Source: Spirochaetales bacterium
GTDB lineage: Bacteria; Spirochaetota; Spirochaetia; Treponematales; UBA12059
NCBI GenBank assembly: GCA_016928955.1
Contig: JAFGJV010000027.1
Span: 1 to 64,000, forward strand
Direction of reading: 5' to 3'
DNA: 64,000 nt
The translations under genes were made by a program, and so were the position numbers. A model generated the notes under the pieces. That model searched no databases, was not told where the DNA came from, and worked only from the letters and a program-made list of their open reading frames with translations. Of this stretch, positions 56,726 to 64,000 are shown piece after piece (position 1 is the stretch's first letter; each line of letters begins with the position of its first letter).

Positions 56726-57609
56726 CGGCGTTCCTTTCCGGACAGGGCTTCATGGCCCTCGCGCGCGTGGTAGCTGGTACGGGCCAGTGGGCTGGACACC
56801 ACGGACGAAAAGCCTTTGTCCCTGGCTAGCTCGGCGTAACGGTCAAACTGTTCTGGGCTCACATACTCGACCACGGGCACCTGCTTGTGCGTGGGCTGGA
56901 GATACTGCCCCAGTACCAGGATGTCGCAATCCACGGCCCGTAGTTCGTCCATGGCGGACAGGACCTCGGCCTCGGTCTCGCCCAGGCCCAGGAGCATGCT
57001 GGACTTGGTTGGCGTGCCTGATTTGCTCTTGGTCTCGGCCAGGGTTCGGATGGACAGGTCAAAGGTGGCACGAGCGTCGCGCACGCCCTGCAGGCGGCGG
57101 ACGGTCTCTATGTTGTGGGCCACCACGTCAGGGCCGGCCGCAAGGAGCGTGTCCAGTTCGTCGCCGCGGAAATCCGGTATCAGGGTCTCTACCAGGACGC
57201 CCGGGTTGTCCCGCTTGATGGCGCTCACGCAGGCCGCAAAGTGGCCCGCGCCGCGGTCCGCAAGGTCGTCGCGGTCCACGCTGGTCAGCACCACGTAGCG
57301 GAGACCCAGCTCGGCGGTGGCCCCGGCAAGCTCCTCTGGCTCCCTTTGGTTCACCGGAGAGCCGACCCGGCCCGTGGCAACGGCGCAGAAGCGGCAGTTA
57401 CGCGTGCACGTGTCGCCCAGCACCATGAAGGTGGCCGTGCCGCAGGCCCAGCACTCCGCCTTGTTCGGGCAGGCGGCCTCGTCGCACACGGTGTGGAGGC
57501 CCCTGCGCGCTATCATGTCGCTGAGAGAGCGCCAGCGCTGGCCGTGGGGTATGCCAACCTTGAGCCAGGAAGGCTTTCTGGTCGGCAGCGGGGAATTGTC
57601 GTTATCCAT
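56722..57609 (-). CDS. lipA: Lipoyl synthase
   Basis: CDEAACPNKAEC, CTRNCRFC, RTSY. Confidence 0.96.
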   Translation of the reverse strand: MDNDNSPLPTRKPSWLKVGIPHGQRWRSLSDMIARRGLHTVCDEAACPNKAECWACGTATFMVLGDTCTRNCRFCAVATGRVGSPVNQREPEELAGATAELGLRYVVLTSVDRDDLADRGAGHFAACVSAIKRDNPGVLVETLIPDFRGDELDTLLAAGPDVVAHNIETVRRLQGVRDARATFDLSIRTLAETKSKSGTPTKSSMLLGLGETEAEVLSAMDELRAVDCDILVLGQYLQPTHKQVPVVEYVSPEQFDRYAELARDKGFSSVVSSPLARTSYHAREGHEALSGKERR

Positions 57610-57613
57610 GATA

Positions 57614-58207
57614 TCAAACCTTAAGTCGGCCTATGAACAGCCGCACTGACGTTTCCAGGTCCTCAAGAGATTCCTTGTCCAGCATGGTGACGCGGAACGC
57701 CGCCGACTCGGCCATGGCGTACAACAGGTCGGTAACCGGCCGTACCGGAACCCGGGCAAGCTCGCCCTGTTTCTGCCCGTTGATGATGATGCCGGCTATG
57801 ATGTGACGCATGCGTATGGTCCTGCGCCGCACGCGCTCCGACGTGTCGCCCCCGGATCGCTTCATGTACGTGAGGTAGGCCATGATGACGGACAGCAGCC
57901 TGGCGTTCTGGGCGCAGGAGTCGATCACCATCACCATCACCCGCTCCAGCCGCTCCGCCGCTCCCAGCGCCTCGTCCGCGGCCACGCCTTTTATGGACTC
58001 TTCCAGCTTTTCCATGAAGCGCTTGATGCTGAACGAGAAAATCTCGCGCTTGTTCTTGAAGTACAGGTACAGGATGGTGCGGGTGATGCCGCAGCGGTCG
58101 GCTATTTTCTGGAAGGTGGTATCCGCGTAGCCCTCCTCAACGAACACGTCCAGGGCCTTTTCGAGGATTTCCTTTTTCCGTTTTTCATGTTCGACGATCG
58201 CGGACAC
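57614..58207 (-). CDS. TetR-family regulator
   Basis: TTFQKIADRCGITRTILYLYF. Confidence 0.9.
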   Translation of the reverse strand: MSAIVEHEKRKKEILEKALDVFVEEGYADTTFQKIADRCGITRTILYLYFKNKREIFSFSIKRFMEKLEESIKGVAADEALGAAERLERVMVMVIDSCAQNARLLSVIMAYLTYMKRSGGDTSERVRRRTIRMRHIIAGIIINGQKQGELARVPVRPVTDLLYAMAESAAFRVTMLDKESLEDLETSVRLFIGRLKV

Positions 58208-58385
58208 GGCTGCCTCCGCGCGCGCTTTGAAGGTATACGCCCGGATGGCGGTACGCGGCGCGCTTGATTCTACCTTGACGAAATTCTCCTTTAACGTCAA
58301 GTATCTAGTATTGGAAGCGCCCTCAAGCCATCCAAGGTTTGGCGGAAGCTCCGAAACACAGCGGGCGCGGCGTGGAGGGGGCAGC

Positions 58386-59528
58386 ATGACAGTGACCATC
58401 GATCCGGACGCCATGGAAACCGATTTCCTTCCGGCACCCCGCTACCATCAGGCTGATCTGGACAGGCAGCGCTCAGTGCTTGAGAGCGTCCCCTTTGTGG
58501 CCGCCGCCCGGTACCTGCCCATTTTGATTTTTGTCCTCAACGACAGGCGCCAGATCGTGTGGCTTAACGACCAGGCCCTGGCCCTGGTAGGCCAGGCGAC
58601 CGGCGCCCGCCCCGGCGAGGCACTGGGCTGCATCCACTCGTGCGAGAAACCCGGCGGCTGCGGCACCACCTCGTTCTGCGCCTATTGCGCGGCCCCGTCG
58701 GCCATCATGAAGGCCCTGGAAGGCGCCGAGGACCGGGAGGAATGCGCCATACAGCTGGACCCCGGCCACTCGCCGGACGCCCTGGACCTGCTCCTGTGGA
58801 GCCGGCCCCTGGACGCGGGAGACCAGCGCTACGTGGTGTTCGTGGCGCGGGACATATCCAAGGAAAAGCGCAGGGAGGCCCTGGAGCGCATTTTCTACCA
58901 TGATATAGGCAATACCGTGACCGGCATGCGCTCCATGCTGGAACTGGTGGAAGCCGCGCGCGACGCCTCAGGCACGGACTACCTGGATTATTTCAAGTCG
59001 GCCACCGACCAGCTGATCGAGGAAATAGAGGGACAGCGGGCCCTGCGCGACGCGGAGAGCGGTACCCTGGAGTCCGTCCGCGAACCCGTAGACCTTAGAG
59101 CCGTCCTGACCCAGGCCGTGACCCTGTACCGCTACGCGTCCATGAGCAGGGACGTGGGCGTGACCCTGGACCCGGACGGGCCCTCTCCCCTGGTCATGGG
59201 CGACCCGGTACTGGTGCGGCGCGTGGCCGTCAACATGCTCAAGAACGCCTTTGAGGCATCGGCCAGGGGCCAGACCGTCAGGGCGGGCTGTTTCCAGACC
59301 GGGGAGGACGCGGGCCTCTGGGTATGGAACGACGCCGTTATGGACTCAGAGACCAGACGGCGCGTGTTCCAGCGCTCGTTCTCCACCAAAGGCCGAGGCA
59401 GGGGCTTGGGCACCTACGGCATGAAGGTTCTGGCCGAGCGCTATCTGGGCGGCGTTGTGTCCTTCGAGTCTGCCGACGGAGCGGGAACCACCTTCAGGCT
59501 GACCCTGCCCCTGGAAGGGAAGCGCTGA
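58386..59528 (+). CDS. Cytoplasmic sensor histidine kinase with Cys-rich PAS-like input
   Basis: GC.H...GGCG...C..C; FYHDIGN; NMLKNA; STKGRGRGLG. Confidence 0.88.
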   Translation: MTVTIDPDAMETDFLPAPRYHQADLDRQRSVLESVPFVAAARYLPILIFVLNDRRQIVWLNDQALALVGQATGARPGEALGCIHSCEKPGGCGTTSFCAYCAAPSAIMKALEGAEDREECAIQLDPGHSPDALDLLLWSRPLDAGDQRYVVFVARDISKEKRREALERIFYHDIGNTVTGMRSMLELVEAARDASGTDYLDYFKSATDQLIEEIEGQRALRDAESGTLESVREPVDLRAVLTQAVTLYRYASMSRDVGVTLDPDGPSPLVMGDPVLVRRVAVNMLKNAFEASARGQTVRAGCFQTGEDAGLWVWNDAVMDSETRRRVFQRSFSTKGRGRGLGTYGMKVLAERYLGGVVSFESADGAGTTFRLTLPLEGKR

Positions 59529-60286
59529 TGGCCGACCAAGCCCCTCCCGCGTCCGCCACAGAACCGCGCCGCCGCTCGCAGACCCTGGACATCATAAGAG
59601 GCGCCCTGGTCGTCCTCATGGTCGTGTTCCACGCGGCGTACATAGCGTCCATGTACGGACTTGCGACCGTAGACCTGGGCAGCGGCTTCTGGTGGATATT
59701 CCCCCGGGGCATAGCCGCCGGTTTTGTTGCCGTGTCGGGTTGGAGCCTGGCTTCCAAGCGCGAGCGGGGTGGCCGCCTTGGCGACTATGTCCGCCGGGCC
59801 GCCCGGCTGGCCATCCCTGCCCTGGCCGTCAGCCTGGTCAGTTTTGTGGCACTGGGCCGGAACTTTGTCTTCTTCGGCGTCCTTCACCTTCTGGCCGTGT
59901 CGTCCGTCCTGGCCTGGCCCCTCCTGGGCAGACCAGCCCTGGCCCTGGCCGCCGGCATCCTGGTATTCGCCGCCGGCCTGGTCCTGGGACCCGTACGCTT
60001 TGACTGGCCCTGGCTGGCCTGGCTGGGATTCAGGCCGAGCGGCCTCTACCCCGCCGACTACTTGCCGCTCCTGCCCTGGTTTGCCTGGGTGGCCTTTGGC
60101 TCGGCTGCAAGGGACCTGGCAAGCGCCTGGCTGTCCCGCCGGCCGCGCCCAGACCAGGCGCCCTGGTCTCCCCCACGGGCCCTGCGACCCCTGGCCTTCC
60201 TGGGCCGCCATTCGCTGTGGGCCTACCTCATCCACCTTCCCTTGCTGTACGGCCTTGGTTGGCTTGTCGCCATGGTGGTGAGCTGA
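59528..60286 (+). CDS. DUF1624 / HGSNAT-like membrane acyltransferase
   Basis: LDIIRG...MVVFH, FFGVLH, DYLPLLPW, GRHSL.AYLIH. Confidence 0.85.
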   Translation: MADQAPPASATEPRRRSQTLDIIRGALVVLMVVFHAAYIASMYGLATVDLGSGFWWIFPRGIAAGFVAVSGWSLASKRERGGRLGDYVRRAARLAIPALAVSLVSFVALGRNFVFFGVLHLLAVSSVLAWPLLGRPALALAAGILVFAAGLVLGPVRFDWPWLAWLGFRPSGLYPADYLPLLPWFAWVAFGSAARDLASAWLSRRPRPDQAPWSPPRALRPLAFLGRHSLWAYLIHLPLLYGLGWLVAMVVS

Positions 60287-60444
60287 AAGCCGCGTACTCT
60301 ACTCGTGTGGGCGAGGCGATCACCATCCTCAAGACCGGCGAGATGGCAACCATGGGCGGCGTCACCGCGCCCTGGTACCGCATCAGGAAAGCTGACGGAC
60401 TCATTGGCTGGGCGTTCGGGGGCTTCATCACGGTAGCGGACTAG
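60287..60444 (+). pseudogene. Fragment of an SH3b-like domain
   Basis: GEAITILKTG...PWYRIR..DG.IGWAFGGFI; no credible start codon or RBS. Confidence 0.5.
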
Positions 60445-60573
60445 CCTCACAAAACATACCTTGTATTGTCCCCCGGCGGATGTTCGGCTATCATCAGGGG
60501 AGCGCGCGCCGGGCGCGGCCGGGACGCATGGGGCGGCCGCCGGCCGGGGGCGTCCGCGGGATGGGGTAACGCC

Positions 60574-63500
60574 ATGCACCGATACAGCCACACCGTCCTT
60601 GAAGTCATCTTCAGCTCCTTTCCGGCCCGGCCGGCCACACGCGCCATGCCCAGGCTAGAATTCCACGTGCGCGCGGACGCGCGTACGGCCTACGGGCTGG
60701 ATCCGGGCGCCTTCTCGGTAAGCGGCAACCTGGTGTTCGCGGATTTCTACGCCGCCCGCGCTTTTGCCGCCCGCCTGAACGAGCGCGTCAACCCGGCAGC
60801 CCATCCCGAGCGCGTGGTCAAGGCGGGCAGCGTCAACGCCATGGCCCTGATCGACGAGTTCACGCACGCCGTGCTGGACCTGTACCGCCAGACCGTGCGC
60901 CCGGACGCGCTGACTGTCGGCCTGGCCGCGGCCCAGGCGGCCATCGGCTCGGAACAGACGGACACGGCGCTGCTTGCCTTCCTGCGCGCCTTCCCGCCGG
61001 CCGCCGTCCAGGCCGGCTCGGCCACAGCCGAATCATGGCTGGACGGGCGCTCGGAAGGCGTGCCCAACCGGGAACTGGCGCTGGAGGAGCTGGTCCTTCT
61101 CCGCCTGGCCAACGAGAACCCAGCCTTCAAACCCTACGGCTTTTTGTTCGACGACGCGGACCTGAAGGCCGCCGCCCCCGTGGAGCCCGTCCTGGACGCC
61201 GCCGAGGCCGCTTTCAAACTCCTCCCGCGCTTCGGTCCGGACGACCAGGACCTGCCCACCCTCCTCCGCGCGCCCATGAAGGCCAGCCCCGACTCGCTGG
61301 CCGGCCAACTGGACTTCATGCGCCGCCGCTGGGGTCTCCTTTTGGGCGAGCGCATGCGCAAATTGCTCGGCGGCGTGGACATGCTGGCCGAGGAGAGCAA
61401 ACCTCATTTCCCGGGCCCTGGCCCCGCGCGCGTCCTGTCCTACGAGAGCCTGGAAAAGGAATACGAGCGCTTCAGCGAGGACCGCGACTGGATGCCGCGC
61501 GTCGTCATGATAGCCAAGAGCACCCTGGTATGGCTGGACCAGCTGTCGCGCTGGTACGGACGCGACATACGGACCCTGGACGCCATACCGGACGAGGAAC
61601 TGGACGCCCTGGCGTCCAGGGGCTTCAACGCCCTGTGGCTGATAGGCCTGTGGGAACGCAGCCAGGCATCCAGGCTTATCAAGGAGCTGTGCGGCAACCC
61701 TGAGGCCGCGCCCAGCGCCTATTCTCTGTACGACTACGAGATAGCCGGCGAGCTGGGCGGTTGGCCGGCCCTGGACAACCTGCGCCGCCGCGCCGAGTGG
61801 CGGGGCATACGCCTGGCCGCCGACATGGTCCCCAACCACACGGGCATGGACTCGGCGTGGGTCAGGGAGCGCCCGGACCTGTTCATACAGAGCGACCGCC
61901 CGCCCTTTCCCGGCTACTCCTTCAACGGCCGCAACCTGTCCGGCGACCCGTCCATAGGCCTGTGGCTGGAAGACCACTATTACGACCGCACCGACGCGGC
62001 CGTGGTGTTCAAGCGCGTGGATTTCCGGACGGGCGACACGCGCTACATATACCACGGCAACGACGGCACCAGCATGCCCTGGAACGACACGGCCCAGCTG
62101 GACTTCCTCAAGCCCGACGCCCGCGAGGCGGTGACCGAGCGCATCCTCCACGTGGCCCGGGCCTTTCCCATCATCCGCTTTGACGCGGCCATGATCATGG
62201 CGCGCAAGCATTTCCGGCGCCTGTGGTACCCGGAGCCGGGCCACGGCGGCGACATAGCCAGCCGCGGCGAGTCGTCATTGCCGCCGGATGTCTTTGACCG
62301 CCATATGCCGGGCGAGTTCTGGCGCGACGTGGTGGACCGCTGCGCGGCGGAGGCCCCGGACACCCTCCTCCTGGCCGAGGCGTTCTGGATGATGGAAGGC
62401 TACTTTGTCCGCACCCTGGGCATGCACCGCGTGTACAACTCGGCCTTCATGAACATGCTCAAGAACCAGGAGAACAAAAAGTACCGCGACACCATCAAGA
62501 ACACGCAGGAGTTCGACAAGGATATCCTCAAGCGCTTTGTCAACTTCATGAACAATCCCGACGAGGAGACGGCCGTGGCCCAGTTCGGCCGCGACGACCG
62601 CTACTTTGGCGTATGCACCCTGATGGCCACCCTGCCTGGCCTGCCCATGTTCGGGCACGGCCAGGTGGAAGGCTTCACCGAGAAATACGGCATGGAATAC
62701 CGCCGCGCCTACCTGGACGAGCGCCCGGACCAGGGGCTCATAGCCAGGCACGAGCGAGAAATCTTCCCGCTCCTCAAGCGCCGCTACCTGTTCTCCGGCG
62801 TCGACCAGTTCCTCCTGTACGACCTGTACCGCCCGGACGGCTCGGTGGACGAGAACGTGTTCGCGTACTCAAACGGCGCGGGCGGCGAACGCGCCCTGGT
62901 GCTGTACAACAACGCCTACGAGCGCGCGGCAGGCACCCTGCACCGCAGCTGCCCCTTTGCGCGCAAGGAGCCGGACGGCCGGAAAACGCGCGTCGTCATG
63001 GACCTTGCTTCCGGCCTGGGCCTGTCCGGCCTGCCCGGCCGCTTCCTGGCCATGCGGGAACAGCGCTCGGGCCTGTGGTTCCTCCGCCGCTCCGCCGACG
63101 TTGCCGAGCGCGGCATGGTCGTCATGCTGGACGGTTTCCAGAGCCAGGCCTTCCTGGACATCCACGAGTTGGCCGACGACGAGCTGGGGGCGTGGGCCAA
63201 GCTGTGCGACCAGCTGGGCGGTTCCGGCGTGCCGGACCTTTCGGCCGCCCTGCAGGACGTGGTATTGGACAGGCTGTACGCCTCATGGAACGCGGCCTTT
63301 GGGCCCGCCTACCTGCGCACGGTCCTGGACGCCTTTGCCCCGCCGGACGCGGCGCCAAAAACCTCGGCCGCTGGCAAAGCCGGCAAGAAGGCCGTTACCC
63401 CGGACCTGGACGCCGTGAGCGCCTTTGCCCGCGACTCGGGGGCCTTTATGGCAGAGCTGGCCGGACGCTCGGCCACCGATGCCGGCCGCGCAGAGCGCGC

Positions 63501-64000
63501 GCTGGAGCTGGCCGCGGGCGCGTCGGCCACGCTGGCCGGACTCGCGTCGGCTGGCACAAGTAAGCCAGGCTCCTTGTTGGCCGCTCGCCTGCGTTCAGGC
63601 GCGGCCCCGGCCGCCGCCGCCCTGGGCGCCCTGTCCATACTGCCCGGCCTCCTGTCAGAGGACGCCGACTGGACGGACGCCCGCGCCCTGGCCGACGCCT
63701 GGGGCCTGGACCGCAAGCTCAGGGAAGCCATGCAGGCCGCCGGCGTGCCTGGCGACCACGCCTGGCTGTGCTCCGCCCTGGCCACAGCCGCCTTGGGCGC
63801 CTTGGGCTCGCTAGAAGGACTCAAAGCGACCGGCCTTGCCGGCCTTGCGGAAGCAGTCCTGTCCCAAGAGGAAGCGAGCCGCCTCCTTGGCGTCAATATC
63901 TGGGACGGCTCCCGGTGGTTCAACGCCGAGCGCTTTGCCCTGGCCGCTCCCGTTGCGCTGGCGGCGGCCATACTGGCCGGCAGGCTCAGCCCGAAACAGG
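60574..64000 (+). CDS. Large GH13 alpha-amylase-family protein, partial (runs off window; not in ORF track)
   Basis: Frame from ATG 60574 (alternative 60646) is still open at the window end; DMVPNH, IRFDAAM, LAEAFW, NNPDE. Confidence 0.88.
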   Translation, partial: MHRYSHTVLEVIFSSFPARPATRAMPRLEFHVRADARTAYGLDPGAFSVSGNLVFADFYAARAFAARLNERVNPAAHPERVVKAGSVNAMALIDEFTHAVLDLYRQTVRPDALTVGLAAAQAAIGSEQTDTALLAFLRAFPPAAVQAGSATAESWLDGRSEGVPNRELALEELVLLRLANENPAFKPYGFLFDDADLKAAAPVEPVLDAAEAAFKLLPRFGPDDQDLPTLLRAPMKASPDSLAGQLDFMRRRWGLLLGERMRKLLGGVDMLAEESKPHFPGPGPARVLSYESLEKEYERFSEDRDWMPRVVMIAKSTLVWLDQLSRWYGRDIRTLDAIPDEELDALASRGFNALWLIGLWERSQASRLIKELCGNPEAAPSAYSLYDYEIAGELGGWPALDNLRRRAEWRGIRLAADMVPNHTGMDSAWVRERPDLFIQSDRPPFPGYSFNGRNLSGDPSIGLWLEDHYYDRTDAAVVFKRVDFRTGDTRYIYHGNDGTSMPWNDTAQLDFLKPDAREAVTERILHVARAFPIIRFDAAMIMARKHFRRLWYPEPGHGGDIASRGESSLPPDVFDRHMPGEFWRDVVDRCAAEAPDTLLLAEAFWMMEGYFVRTLGMHRVYNSAFMNMLKNQENKKYRDTIKNTQEFDKDILKRFVNFMNNPDEETAVAQFGRDDRYFGVCTLMATLPGLPMFGHGQVEGFTEKYGMEYRRAYLDERPDQGLIARHEREIFPLLKRRYLFSGVDQFLLYDLYRPDGSVDENVFAYSNGAGGERALVLYNNAYERAAGTLHRSCPFARKEPDGRKTRVVMDLASGLGLSGLPGRFLAMREQRSGLWFLRRSADVAERGMVVMLDGFQSQAFLDIHELADDELGAWAKLCDQLGGSGVPDLSAALQDVVLDRLYASWNAAFGPAYLRTVLDAFAPPDAAPKTSAAGKAGKKAVTPDLDAVSAFARDSGAFMAELAGRSATDAGRAERALELAAGASATLAGLASAGTSKPGSLLAARLRSGAAPAAAALGALSILPGLLSEDADWTDARALADAWGLDRKLREAMQAAGVPGDHAWLCSALATAALGALGSLEGLKATGLAGLAEAVLSQEEASRLLGVNIWDGSRWFNAERFALAAPVALAAAILAGRLSPKQ

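Noticed and set aside
13714..62244. Many long antisense or alternate-frame ORFs (e.g. 13714-15423, 37402-38877, 45126-46439, 52772-54280, 61033-62244)
   Set aside because: Shadow ORFs expected from GC3-rich codon usage opposite well-supported genes; no motifs

Overview
The window has two compartments. Bases 1-~12,588 are a visibly AT-richer integrated element inserted at the 3' end of a tRNA-Thr(CGT) gene (12589-12661, - strand); its left end lies outside the window. It carries a tyrosine integrase, an AEP-type primase-helicase followed by an iteron/AT-rich origin-like site, small regulators, two serine-recombinase DNA-binding proteins lacking a catalytic domain, and cargo (Mrr, MT-A70 methylase, GNAT). 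No virion genes are visible, so it resembles a P4/PICI-like satellite or integrative replicon. The most striking signal is a ~90-nt hairpin just upstream of the primase RBS whose loop and bulge are each complementary to nested upstream sites, the architecture of P1 C4 / P4 CI immunity RNAs. Bases ~12,662-64,000 are GC-rich host chromosome, probably a free-living anaerobic spirochaete (inferred from the EF-G type and gene content). This part holds an ACP-less acyl-CoA cluster (two non-canonical KAS III enzymes, SDR, thiolase, CoA-transferase, and an ABC importer whose permease is fused to an alpha/beta-hydrolase), aroB/aroC/chorismate mutase, two-component genes, hutU/H/I with PPi-PEPCK, a subtilisin lipoprotein, a sugar-phosphate-utilisation (SPU) microcompartment locus, fusA, lipoate genes and a GH13 gene running off the right edge. 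All assignments come from reading motifs by eye; no database search was run.
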